IMG/VR virus record: IMGVR_UViG_3300037440_000313
Span: 1-64,000 of that record
Reading direction: 5' to 3' (one strand)
Length of the DNA stretch: 64,000 nucleotides
From: a virus
In this document: in pieces, positions 8,559 to 17,541 of the stretch
How positions within the stretch are numbered: position 1 is the first letter of the stretch
Layout: every line of letters starts with the position of its first letter
Made by a program: the position numbers and the translations under genes
The notes under the pieces: generated by a model
The model's database searches: none
What the model saw: only the letters and a program-made list of their open reading frames with translations
Told to the model about the DNA's origin: nothing

Positions 8559-8978
8559 GTGGCAGGCAAGACTACTGAGCTTCCAAGTCATCCGCATGTG
8601 CTTATCCGTGGGAAACACCAAGCCTGGGACTCCCAGACTGGCGAGCGCCGCCTTTTCCAGAAAGGTGAAGTCGTTCTCCTTACGAGTGCACAAGCACATG
8701 CATTCCGTGACAAGTTTAAGGCTCTCGAGGTTATCGAAGCTGAGTCTAAGGTTCAAGCCGCACAGGCAGATGCTGCAGCTCGGCTTGCCAGTACAATGAA
8801 ATCATCTGCTCCTGCTGAGAAGGCCGGTACTCCAGATCAGGTTGACAACTCAGGAGCAGATGCCGCAAGTGGAACGGAGTCGAAAGCCGCCGCGTCGACC
8901 CCCTCTTCTGCTACAGCGGCTCCGCAGTCGGTTGCAAGCCAGTCGCAGAAATCCCCCGCAAACGCGGCTAAAGGCTAG
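8559..8978 (+). CDS. hypothetical head-module protein (Ala/Ser-rich C-terminus)
   Basis: GTG start preceded by AAGGGA. The track ORF lies in the head module. Confidence 0.5.
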   Translation: MAGKTTELPSHPHVLIRGKHQAWDSQTGERRLFQKGEVVLLTSAQAHAFRDKFKALEVIEAESKVQAAQADAAARLASTMKSSAPAEKAGTPDQVDNSGADAASGTESKAAASTPSSATAAPQSVASQSQKSPANAAKG

Positions 8979-9042
8979 CTAGGGAAAGAAACCCCTATCG
9001 GATGTCCCTCCTGATAGTTCCCCCTGACTGCGGAGATGGTTT

Positions 9043-9438
9043 ATGGCAAGAGCTGCGGACGAAGATGTAAGGGCTTACGTAGAGATGGAAGCGGCCACCT
9101 CTACGGCCCCTTATATTGCGTCCGCTTCTATCCTGGTAGAAGATGCTCTTGCCAATAAAGGTTTGTCCGAGCCAATACTGACTCAGATTGAGATTATGTT
9201 GGCAGCCCATTATGCTACGTTAGCAGTCGAACGTGGGGGCATACGTCGTGAAACAATGGGAGATAGTGGACAGTCATATCAGACTGTAAGTGAACGTTTT
9301 AAAGGACTACTTTTAACACGATTTGGACAGCAGGCTATTGCGTTAGATTCTACTGGTACACTAGCTGCTCAGGGCAATGCTAATCTTAGAGCAAGGTTCA
9401 GAGTAGTTGGTAATGCCGATATTAATAATGCGAGTTAA
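9043..9438 (+). CDS. head-tail connector/adaptor protein (positional)
   Basis: 131-aa ORF after the capsid genes, with a GGAG RBS. The call rests on gene order only. Confidence 0.4.
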   Translation: MARAADEDVRAYVEMEAATSTAPYIASASILVEDALANKGLSEPILTQIEIMLAAHYATLAVERGGIRRETMGDSGQSYQTVSERFKGLLLTRFGQQAIALDSTGTLAAQGNANLRARFRVVGNADINNAS

Positions 9439-9458
9439 AGAGTACGGATGTATATGCG

Positions 9459-9794
9459 ATGCCGTTAGTAAGGTTTGGAGTATATCCTCACACGGCAACG
9501 TACTGGGGCTCTCCTACACCAGATGGTTCTGGTGGAGAAACCTATGATGCGCCCGCAGCTTTAAGTGTACGGTGGGAAGAACGTGCAGAGCAGGAGTTCG
9601 ACCCACAAGGCGAGACGTTCACGAGTATGGCTCGTGTATATACGTCTATAGATTTGGATGTTGGAGGTTATCTCTATCTGGGGACTTCAGTGGTTGTAGA
9701 TCCTGGAACTGTTGTAGGTGCGTTTAAGATTCGACAGTTCCGTAGGATTCCAAGCCTAAGAGGTTTCTATAGCGAAAGGAACGCTGTACTATAA
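9459..9794 (+). CDS. head-tail joining protein (positional)
   Basis: 111-aa ORF whose stop overlaps the next start (ATAATG). The call rests on gene order only. Confidence 0.4.
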   Translation: MPLVRFGVYPHTATYWGSPTPDGSGGETYDAPAALSVRWEERAEQEFDPQGETFTSMARVYTSIDLDVGGYLYLGTSVVVDPGTVVGAFKIRQFRRIPSLRGFYSERNAVL

Positions 9795-10231
9795 TGGCTA
9801 TAGCACCTTTCAGGCCAGTGCGCACGAATATCAGAGCTAGTTCTGGCTCTGCTGCAGCCGCGGCTATGCGTCAGATAGAGGATAACTTCAAGCAGTGGAC
9901 ACTTCACCTTACTGGGCAGTCGGGTGAAGTTCTGAGACAGGCACTAATGCCTACTCTCAGTAAGGCGAAAAGGTACTGCCCATATAAAACGGGTGATCTT
10001 CGTAACAGTGGTTACGTGGAAGTAGCACGTACAGGGCGTCTAGGTTCGTATGAAGCAGAGATCGGCTTCGGCCGCGGGGGATTTCCTTCGTACACTATCT
10101 TCGTACACGAAATGCCCTATCAACATGCTGCTCCAACACGATGGAAGTTTCTTCAAATAGCCCTCGTGGAAGATCAGTCTAGAATCAGGCAAGCCTTAGC
10201 AGGTGGCTTTAGGCGAGCCGCAGGTGTGTAA
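9794..10231 (+). CDS. HK97 gp10-like head-tail joining/tail completion protein
   Basis: KAKRYCPYKTGDLRNSGYVEV matches the gp10-family P-x-x-TG-x-LR-x-S signature. Confidence 0.55.
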   Translation: MAIAPFRPVRTNIRASSGSAAAAAMRQIEDNFKQWTLHLTGQSGEVLRQALMPTLSKAKRYCPYKTGDLRNSGYVEVARTGRLGSYEAEIGFGRGGFPSYTIFVHEMPYQHAAPTRWKFLQIALVEDQSRIRQALAGGFRRAAGV

Positions 10232-10244
10232 AGGAGTACTACAC

Positions 10245-10949
10245 ATGAAAAGACTGTTGACTGCCATTGTGGCGTGTATCGCTACTTTGCTTTTGTCTGT
10301 ACCCTCATATGCTGCTGACCTCGGGGGGTCTCGGCCATATACTCCGAATACTGACACTCCATCTTATGAAGATGGCTACTCGTGGACGGGCTTCTGGCTC
10401 GGCGGTAGTGCTGGTTACGGAAACTATGGAACCGAGCTCGAAGCGACAGCTGGCGGTACACCCTTCGCTACGTTTGATGGACTTAATGGTAAAGGCGCTG
10501 TCTTTGGCGTCGAAGCCGGTGGGGACTATCAGCTCGGCAAGGTTGTTCTCGGTGTTAGCGTAGGCTATGACTGGAACCGTGTGAAATCGGAAGTAGGCTT
10601 TGGTCCCTTCAGTGCTGAAGTCGAAAATGGTAATACTTTCTACGGTCAGGCCCGTGCAGGTGTTGCTGTGATCCCACGCGGTCTCATTTTTGGTCTCGCC
10701 CGTTACACTTGGGAACACGAAGGCTCGGAAGTCAGCTGGACTGGCGGAGGCTCCTACGAATTGACAAAACGTCAGGGTTGGGGCATCGGCGGTGGCATGG
10801 AATATGCTGTTACTGATCATCTGTCAATCAAGTCTGAATATGTGCATACTTTCTTCGACAAGGAAGAAGTCATCTCTGGAGGCGGATTTGCGCTGAACGA
10901 AGAGACAGAAGCCGACGTCGTAAAACTGCAGGCTAACTATCGGTTCTAG
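10245..10949 (+). CDS. outer-membrane beta-barrel protein (OMP_b-brl / Omp25-Lom-like) with Sec signal peptide
   Basis: ATG 10245 lies 8 nt after AAGGAG. Signal peptide: MKRLLTAIVACIATLLLSVPSYA/AD. The body has alternating Gly/aromatic beta-strand patterns and ends in the C-terminal OMP signature ..LQANYRF. Confidence 0.75.
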   Translation: MKRLLTAIVACIATLLLSVPSYAADLGGSRPYTPNTDTPSYEDGYSWTGFWLGGSAGYGNYGTELEATAGGTPFATFDGLNGKGAVFGVEAGGDYQLGKVVLGVSVGYDWNRVKSEVGFGPFSAEVENGNTFYGQARAGVAVIPRGLIFGLARYTWEHEGSEVSWTGGGSYELTKRQGWGIGGGMEYAVTDHLSIKSEYVHTFFDKEEVISGGGFALNEETEADVVKLQANYRF

Positions 10950-10981
10950 GATCGGCAAGTAGCCTTAAGGTGAAATAGAAG

Positions 10982-11416
10982 ATGGCCAGTCAAGCATTTG
11001 GGGCAAAGACGATCCTGCTAGCCGCAGGAGTTGGAAGTGGAACCCCATCTGCTGACTGGTCTATACATGTATCTAAGTTGCCTGCTACGCCCGATAGGGC
11101 AATAGCTATCTTCGATTCGGGTGGTGCTGAAACAGCGGATCCAAGATGGCTGTTGGATTACCGTACGATCCAGGTACTAGTGCGTGGAGGTAAGAATGAC
11201 TACAATCTTACCTATAATACTGCGGCTATGGTTAAAGATGCTCTCCTAGGTCTCGAAGCCCAAGTAGTTGATGGAGACCGCTGGGATGGAGTAACTATGA
11301 TCGGGGATATTACGTTTGTTAGTCGTGACGATAATGACCGGCCGACATTATCGGTCAACTTTCGAATCATTGTCGAGCCTGCGACTAATGCACTGACGAA
11401 CAGAGAAGTATTGTAA
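10982..11416 (+). CDS. tail terminator-like protein (positional)
   Basis: 144-aa ORF immediately before the putative major tail protein. Confidence 0.4.
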   Translation: MASQAFGAKTILLAAGVGSGTPSADWSIHVSKLPATPDRAIAIFDSGGAETADPRWLLDYRTIQVLVRGGKNDYNLTYNTAAMVKDALLGLEAQVVDGDRWDGVTMIGDITFVSRDDNDRPTLSVNFRIIVEPATNALTNREVL

Positions 11417-11428
11417 CGGGGTTACATC

Positions 11429-12502
11429 ATGGCAAAGAGAATTCAAGTCTCAGACGACGCTGGTACTAACTGGTACACCTTGCCGGGTAACACCGGTGAG
11501 ATCCGCAGTGAAGGTCAAGAGCTGAACGATACTATCTTCGGTCAGTCCTTCCAGTCAAGTGAAATTGGTTTGATCAACGGTCAGATCACCTCGAACGCAT
11601 TGTACAAGGGCTTTGCGGGTTATCATGCTGACATCAGGCAGATGGCTGGATCCACGACCACATTCACACAGGAGGCATGCTCCCAAGAGTCAGGTCTGAT
11701 TTATGCCATTGATGATCCCACAATGGACGTCTGGGATCATACTCAAGCAATCATAATTCGTGACGACGCAGCTGATGTCACTGATGAAGTTGAGTGGATT
11801 GACTTCCTTCGTGGACGCTTCAAGTTCCGCACAGGTTATGTTGTGGTAGGTGTCGTTGATGCTACGGGTGAGTTCTTTCCGAAGACTACTGTCGCGAAGG
11901 GACGTACATTTAACCTTACGCAGACTATGGCTCCGATTGATGATACCGATCTTGCTACGGCGCAAGCAAATACTGGTCGTAACACCTATGAGTATGGACT
12001 GAAGACCGTTGCTCTTGAGATTGGCAATGTCTATGACGTTACTAATGGGTGGCGCACAGTCCTTGAAGGTCGTGCTCTAGTAATTATTGACCTCGCGCCT
12101 GTAGGGAATGCTGGCAGTAATTCATATGCCCGTGGGGTCTTCAAAGTTGCACGTCATGCTCATCAGGGTGATGTCGGTGCCCTCGAAGAAGAGACTGTCA
12201 ACTTCACTCTTGCTGTACCGCAGGAGAGCGATGTTGCTACGGTAGGTTTCGACAACGATCTATTCCTGACTCCATTTGTGTGGACCCATCCGTCAGGTAC
12301 AAATCTTGCTACGGCTGTTCAGAAACTCCTTGAAGCGTGGGAAGACGACGAAACCCTCGAGGCCAGATACCTTCCTGACGGTGTAAATGGTGTCGAGGGG
12401 GACGTCGTTGTCTCCGAGATCAGTTTGACTGGTGGTCTCGAAGCTCTGAATGAATTTCAGGTAACACTGATGATCTCCGGTGCATTAGCTACTGCACCCT
12501 AA
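11429..12502 (+). CDS. major tail (tube) protein (positional)
   Basis: 357-aa ORF directly upstream of the frameshifted chaperone pair and the tape measure gene. Confidence 0.55.
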   Translation: MAKRIQVSDDAGTNWYTLPGNTGEIRSEGQELNDTIFGQSFQSSEIGLINGQITSNALYKGFAGYHADIRQMAGSTTTFTQEACSQESGLIYAIDDPTMDVWDHTQAIIIRDDAADVTDEVEWIDFLRGRFKFRTGYVVVGVVDATGEFFPKTTVAKGRTFNLTQTMAPIDDTDLATAQANTGRNTYEYGLKTVALEIGNVYDVTNGWRTVLEGRALVIIDLAPVGNAGSNSYARGVFKVARHAHQGDVGALEEETVNFTLAVPQESDVATVGFDNDLFLTPFVWTHPSGTNLATAVQKLLEAWEDDETLEARYLPDGVNGVEGDVVVSEISLTGGLEALNEFQVTLMISGALATAP

Positions 12503-12558
12503 TGTGTAGCTGACTCACTTACGTCTACGCTCACACCCACATAAGTCAAGGAGGCAAA

Positions 12559-12963
12559 ATGACTGAGGGTAACAATACCGCTGTAGCAGAAGCTCTGGCA
12601 CAAAGCACTGTTCCAGTAACGCGCAAGTTCATCCGTGACACGATGCTCAGTGCAAAGCCGGAAACTCGGAATTTGCACATTTTTGGTTGCGATGTAGAAG
12701 TCAGGCAGCCCACACTCGAAGAAGTCATCGCTTATCAGAACAGTGAAGATAAAACACGTGCTGCTGCAGGTATCATTCAGCGGTATGTGTACGTACCTGG
12801 TACGGGTGAGAGAGTATTCGAGGAAGCTGACCTTGATCGGATTCGGCGCATGCCCTTCGGCCGAGATATGAATGTGTTACAAGAGGCTATTAACGATTTG
12901 ATGGGCCTGTCGAAGATGGTGGATGCCGAGTTAAAAAACTTAAGTCAGACCCCTGGCTTTTAA
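12559..12963 (+). CDS. tail assembly chaperone (G-like)
   Basis: AAGGAGG RBS. 134-aa acidic ORF between the tail tube and tape measure genes. It contains the slippery heptamer near its 3' end. Confidence 0.7.
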   Translation: MTEGNNTAVAEALAQSTVPVTRKFIRDTMLSAKPETRNLHIFGCDVEVRQPTLEEVIAYQNSEDKTRAAAGIIQRYVYVPGTGERVFEEADLDRIRRMPFGRDMNVLQEAINDLMGLSKMVDAELKNLSQTPGF

Positions 12964-13133
12964 ACGTTCTGTTTATTGCGAAAGCATTAGGTAAGTTCGA
13001 ACACGAAGTCATGAGTCTGCCCCCGAGAGAATTTGCACGTTTGGTAGCATATATGCAGATCGAGCAAGAGGAGCAACGACGCGCAAGATCTGGTAGTAAG
13101 ATCAAGCCCAGGTACGGGCCACGAATGCGATAG
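12559..13133 (+). CDS. tail assembly chaperone frameshift product (GT-like)
   Basis: Fusion of the G-like ORF with the -1 frame extension through the slip at 12933-12939. This G/GT arrangement upstream of the tape measure gene is conserved. Confidence 0.6.
12933..12939 (+). other. -1 programmed ribosomal frameshift site A_AAA_AAC
   Basis: The zero-frame codons are tta aaa aac. The -1 frame is open from 12939 to TAG 13131-13133 (64 codons: ..LLNVLFIAKALGKFEHEVMSLPPREFARLVAYMQ..). Confidence 0.65.
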
Positions 13134-13158
13134 TAATACAGTGCGGTAGAGTATCGAC

Positions 13159-15975
13159 ATGCTAAATCTAGGACAAGTACAATTTGGTTTGGGTGTCGAT
13201 ACCCGCTCTCTAAATGCCGCAGTAGGGCGCGTACAGGCTTTTGGACGTGCAGTAGAACAAGCCTCAGCTCAGCAAGGGCAAGCGGCTCAACGTGTTGCAA
13301 CAGCGATGCGTCGGCAAGAGTCTGCTGTAACAAGTGCTCTCCAGCAGATCCTCCGTATGAACGACCAAATTAGACGGTCTACGCGGGGTAACGAACAGAC
13401 TCAATTATTAAATCAAACCCGTAATGCATTCATTCAGCTCGAGGCACAGTTGGCACGAGGACCGCGGGCTGTACTGGCATATCAACGTGCTAACGAATCG
13501 TTTGCAGCATCTCTCGGTACAGTTCAACGGCGGATGGCAGAGCTACGTGCTGAAGAAGCTAGACGCCGACAGGGGCAGACAGCTTTTGGTACGTTGCTTC
13601 GAGATCTAGCGTCTGCCTCTGTCCTTGCGCTAGGTCCGTTGTCAGGTTTAGGTGCACGTATCGCTGCTCTTGGAGCTGTCGCGCAGCGCTCAAGCTTTGG
13701 GCTTGCAGCGTTAATCGGTGCTGTAGTTGCTGTAGGAACGGGCTTAGCAAAGCTTAGTTCTGCGGCGGTACGTACTGCGTTAGATATTCAACGTATCGAA
13801 GCTCGATTAATATCTACTACAGGCTCAGTTGACCTTGCCAACTTTGAGTTTGATCGTCTAAAGGAACTGGCAAATGATACCGGCCTTGAGTTTGTGGGCT
13901 TAGCAACTCAGTTTACTAGGTTCCAAGCAGCTGCTCAGGGTACCTCTCTTGAGGGTGATAGAGCTCGAGAGGTCTTCGACAACCTCGCATTCGCAGTAGG
14001 CAACTTCCAGCTCGAGGCAACCGCAGCTGAAGGTGTGTTCCGAGCTGTTGAACAGATCATGTCGAAGGGCACAGTTGCCGCTGAAGAAATTAGGCAGCAG
14101 CTTGGGGACCGTTTGCCCGGTGCGTTTAAAGCTGCTGCGGATGCTATTGGCGTTACCACCGAAGAGTTCAATAAGCTGCTCAAGAGAGGCAAGATCGCTT
14201 CGGATGAGTTTCTGTTACCCTTCTCGCGCCAGGTACGCCAAAGATTGGCTGGAGATGCTGTTGGTGCTGTTGACTCGCTACGAGCCTCAATCAATCGACT
14301 ACTCAATTCGGTAACGTTCTTCAATGACTCATTTGATAATGCATTTGGCATATCGAATACGTTCCGCTTTGGCGTTGAGACACTAACGTCAGCGATCAAC
14401 TTCCTTGGTCGCAATATTCTCGCTGTAACTGCAATTATTGGGGGATTGACTGGTGGACTCGCGCTTATGGCTCTGCCAAGAATCATAGCGGGATTCACGT
14501 TTCTTGCCGGTGCTCTTAGAACAGCTACTTTTGCGTTTATCGGGCTGAATGCAGCGATTGTAGCCTCACCTCTAGGGCGTCTAGTTACTGTAGCTATCCG
14601 CTTAATTGCAATTATTGGGGGTGCAGCACTTGCAGTAGCTAACTTTGGTAGTTCAACAGCTCAGGCAGCTACTAATGAAGCTGAGATGGCTGTCAAGACT
14701 GATATGTTAATTGAATCTCAGGAGCAGTTGAATACCACTGTTGGAGAATCGGCTAGCATATTCAAGAAGGCTGCGGTTGCTAAACTCGAAGCAATCAAGC
14801 TTGAACTTGAAGGCGTAGAGCTGCAGCTGCAAAGTTATAGGTCAGTACTAGCAGAGCAACTTAAGCAGAATGAAGCTCTTGCAGTTATGCATCGTAACTC
14901 CCAAGAGTTTATCTCGGCTATGCGCTCTGCATCCGGTGAGATCACCTCTCCTAGAGATGTAGGTACTGCAGGTGAGGAAGCTCTTAAAGGGCGTATCCTT
15001 GATCTCAATACTGCATTGGATGCACAGCGTGAACGTATTAAAAAGCTAGACGAGATCAAGAACGGTACAGGCAATAGAAATTTTGCGGAGGGTACTGACC
15101 GGGCAACGAAAGCCGTCAGAGAAGCTACTCAGGCTATTGACGATCTTCTGAAACGTAATGAAGCGATGATGCAGGGGCCTCAGGCTTTTGAGGCAATTGA
15201 ACGTCAAATCGAAATGAATAAGAAGATCCAGGACTTTAAAGATCGGTTAGTTGATGCTGAAGTGCCTTTGGATACTATCCGGGAGAAGATTAATCAATAC
15301 ACGTTCGCTCTGCAACTCCATGAAGAGATCTCCGATGGTGTGTTTAAGAACATGGCTCACACATATGAGACGTTCAAGGGTATTGCAGTTGATGCCTTCC
15401 AAAGCGTAGGAGATGCGCTAGCATCAGCTATTGTTGAAGGAGAACTGAGTGCGGAGACCTTCGTGAATATCTTTAAGGATATGGCGAAGAAGATCATTGC
15501 GGAAGTTATAAGACTTGCAATTATTAATAATATACTTAACTCACTATTTGGGCTTAGCGGAGGTAGTGCTCTTCCAACATTTGCTTTTAGTGGGCCTGGA
15601 CTTGCTAAAGGTGGTGCATTCAGTGGAGGAACACGCTTCTTAGCTAAAGGCGGTATTCTAGATAGCCCCACAGCTTTTGGAACCTCTAGTGGAATGGCTG
15701 TAGGCGGCGAAGCTGGATCTGAAGCAGTATTGCCACTGACACGTACAGCGAGCGGGAACTTAGGTGTTGAGGCTTCAGGAGCTTCAGGAGCTAAAGTAGA
15801 CGTCAACATCTATAACAACTCTGGCGAGCAGGTTAAGACTGAACGTCGTAAGGGTACTGGAGGGCGTGATATCATTGACGTGGTGATCGGCGCTGTTAAA
15901 GGTGAAATGGCTAAAGGCAGCTTTGATACATCAATGGGGCGGTATGGGTTGTCTCCAGTTAGAAGAAGGGTGTAA
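13159..15975 (+). CDS. tape measure protein
   Basis: 938 aa, largely helical and Ala/Gln/Glu-rich, with internal hydrophobic segments and a Gly-rich C-terminus. It follows G/GT. Confidence 0.85.
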   Translation: MLNLGQVQFGLGVDTRSLNAAVGRVQAFGRAVEQASAQQGQAAQRVATAMRRQESAVTSALQQILRMNDQIRRSTRGNEQTQLLNQTRNAFIQLEAQLARGPRAVLAYQRANESFAASLGTVQRRMAELRAEEARRRQGQTAFGTLLRDLASASVLALGPLSGLGARIAALGAVAQRSSFGLAALIGAVVAVGTGLAKLSSAAVRTALDIQRIEARLISTTGSVDLANFEFDRLKELANDTGLEFVGLATQFTRFQAAAQGTSLEGDRAREVFDNLAFAVGNFQLEATAAEGVFRAVEQIMSKGTVAAEEIRQQLGDRLPGAFKAAADAIGVTTEEFNKLLKRGKIASDEFLLPFSRQVRQRLAGDAVGAVDSLRASINRLLNSVTFFNDSFDNAFGISNTFRFGVETLTSAINFLGRNILAVTAIIGGLTGGLALMALPRIIAGFTFLAGALRTATFAFIGLNAAIVASPLGRLVTVAIRLIAIIGGAALAVANFGSSTAQAATNEAEMAVKTDMLIESQEQLNTTVGESASIFKKAAVAKLEAIKLELEGVELQLQSYRSVLAEQLKQNEALAVMHRNSQEFISAMRSASGEITSPRDVGTAGEEALKGRILDLNTALDAQRERIKKLDEIKNGTGNRNFAEGTDRATKAVREATQAIDDLLKRNEAMMQGPQAFEAIERQIEMNKKIQDFKDRLVDAEVPLDTIREKINQYTFALQLHEEISDGVFKNMAHTYETFKGIAVDAFQSVGDALASAIVEGELSAETFVNIFKDMAKKIIAEVIRLAIINNILNSLFGLSGGSALPTFAFSGPGLAKGGAFSGGTRFLAKGGILDSPTAFGTSSGMAVGGEAGSEAVLPLTRTASGNLGVEASGASGAKVDVNIYNNSGEQVKTERRKGTGGRDIIDVVIGAVKGEMAKGSFDTSMGRYGLSPVRRRV

Positions 15976-15980
15976 GTGCA

Positions 15981-16343
15981 ATGGCTAATCCTACATGGCC
16001 TGGTACAGTACCTATTGCGCCCTTGCTTGACAGCTTCAGTGAGGAGATCAGTGACTTCAATGCTGAGTTTCAGCCGGACGCAGGTCTTCCAAGTACATGG
16101 CCCCGTTCGAGTGCTGCGCGTCTGCAACAGCCCTGGAGGATGTTGATTACCACTGCTCAGCGAGCTGCTTTGTACACGTTCTGGAAAACGACAACTGCGT
16201 TCGGGAGTTTGCCTTTTGATATCACTGACCCTGTTACTGAAGGTACTGTAACCTCAAAGTTTACGGGTCCATTGCGATTTATTCCTTCAGGGAGTACTCC
16301 TAGACCTTGGATTGTTGAGTTTACTCTGATAAGGCTTGCGTAA
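15981..16343 (+). CDS. minor tail protein (lambda M-like, positional)
   Basis: 120-aa ORF immediately after the tape measure gene. Its stop overlaps the next start (TAATG). Confidence 0.45.
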   Translation: MANPTWPGTVPIAPLLDSFSEEISDFNAEFQPDAGLPSTWPRSSAARLQQPWRMLITTAQRAALYTFWKTTTAFGSLPFDITDPVTEGTVTSKFTGPLRFIPSGSTPRPWIVEFTLIRLA

Positions 16344-16837
16344 TGGTTAAAGCCCGACCATTATCTGTCGCATTACGCGGACAGTTATTTGTTCCCTGGA
16401 GAGATAAGGATATCCGGGCACTTGTAACTGTTGATCATGCAGAGTTTGTAACGCCTTATAGATTTGTATCCGGTGACCCGCTTGAGTTCGCGTCGATAAC
16501 TAGTAATGGGGAAGTGTTTACGACATTCCCGTTTGAGATTGTAATTCTCACGGACGATGACAGTGAACCACGGGCAACTATTAGGATCCAGAATGTTGAT
16601 GACACGATCGGTAACACTATACTGGATCTACCTGATGATGCAGTAACAATTACTATTCAGTTAATAATGAGGGAGACCCCCGATACGATTGAACTGGAAG
16701 CTACGAATCTGGAGTTGATTGATGTCGAAGTAAATGCTATAGCCGTAACAGGCGAGATTGTATTGCGTGGCAATGCAACGGAACCATGCCCTGGCCGCGT
16801 GCTAACTAGTTTTATTTCGCCCGTGTTCTTTAGGTGA
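16343..16837 (+). CDS. minor tail protein (lambda L-like / DUF1833-like)
   Basis: 164 aa. FPFEIVILTDDDSEPRATIRIQNVDDTIGN resembles the DUF1833 pattern. It lies between the M-like and K-like genes. Confidence 0.5.
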   Translation: MVKARPLSVALRGQLFVPWRDKDIRALVTVDHAEFVTPYRFVSGDPLEFASITSNGEVFTTFPFEIVILTDDDSEPRATIRIQNVDDTIGNTILDLPDDAVTITIQLIMRETPDTIELEATNLELIDVEVNAIAVTGEIVLRGNATEPCPGRVLTSFISPVFFR

Positions 16838-16840
16838 GTT

Positions 16841-17023
16841 ATGGCAAACGATAAACAAGATTTAGCTAGCAAGCGAAGAGATAGATACGAGACTCGTATG
16901 AAATCTGCTGGCCTTGTCAAAGTATGCCTCTGGGTACCTGAAAGCAAAAAACAAGAATTGCTTAGTTTGGCTAATAATTGGAGAGCTTCTGTTAAAGGGG
17001 GTCAGTTGTGTCTTCCGGTATGA
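16841..17023 (+). CDS. small DUF3018/MazE-like antitoxin-fold protein
   Basis: 60 aa. RRDRYETRMKSAGLVKVCLWVPESKKQELLSLA matches the R-x3-R-x2-GL-x2-V-x-(I/L)WVP(D/E) signature of DUF3018-type MazE antitoxins. Its stop overlaps the next start (ATGA). Confidence 0.4.
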   Translation: MANDKQDLASKRRDRYETRMKSAGLVKVCLWVPESKKQELLSLANNWRASVKGGQLCLPV

Positions 17024-17541
17024 GTGGATGGACTACCAAGTACCTAGCTATTCCATTTGAGGATAGAGGACTCACTCATAAAGGGTGTGACTGTTGGGGT
17101 TTGTATCGGCTAATTATGTTACAGGAATGTAATATAGGGTTGCCAGCGTGGCCCGATGTTCACGCTGGGGCAGATGTTCAGAAGCTAGAGACAATCCTTG
17201 CTGAAGCTTCCCAACCCCAATGGATTCCTATTGAACGAGGTAAGGAGGCTGCTTTCGACGTTGTCTTGATGAAAGGCATCATTAAGGTCGAGACTGCGAA
17301 GCATATGGCTCCCATACATATTGGGTGTGTAGTAGAACCTGGGCTGCTCATACAGATTGAATTGGGAAGTGGGGTTACTATCGGTAACTACAATAACCAC
17401 TTTCGGATCAAGAAACGTGTGCAAGGCTTTTACAGGTACCAAGGGCATAAAGATCGCGCGTCCCTAAACGCACGTGAATTGACCGGATCCACATCCACAT
17501 CAATGTCTTCCCCCATAAGTGGAGGAAAACACGATGGTTGA
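17020..17541 (+). CDS. NlpC/P60-family tail tip protein (lambda K-like)
   Basis: ATG 17020 overlaps the preceding stop. It carries the catalytic-Cys context GCDCWGLYRL and a later His. The last ~30 codons are encoded by repeat R3. Confidence 0.7.
   Translation: MSGWTTKYLAIPFEDRGLTHKGCDCWGLYRLIMLQECNIGLPAWPDVHAGADVQKLETILAEASQPQWIPIERGKEAAFDVVLMKGIIKVETAKHMAPIHIGCVVEPGLLIQIELGSGVTIGNYNNHFRIKKRVQGFYRYQGHKDRASLNARELTGSTSTSMSSPISGGKHDG
17448..17526 (+). repeat. R element copy R3
   Basis: AAAGATCGCGCGTCCCTAAACGCACG.. plus the core CACATCCACATCAATGTCTTCCCCCATAAGTGGAGGA (17490-17526). GGAGGA lies 7 nt before ATG 17534. Confidence 0.75.

Noticed and set aside
8990-9042. Possible sixth and seventh degenerate R copies: ..ATCGGATGTCCCTCCTGATAGTTCCCCCTGACTGCGGAG at 8990-9042, and CACCCACATAAGTCAAGGAGG at ~12530-12552.
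   Set aside because: Only the C-run, GT and SD portions resemble the core. The similarity is within what SD-proximal sequence bias could produce.
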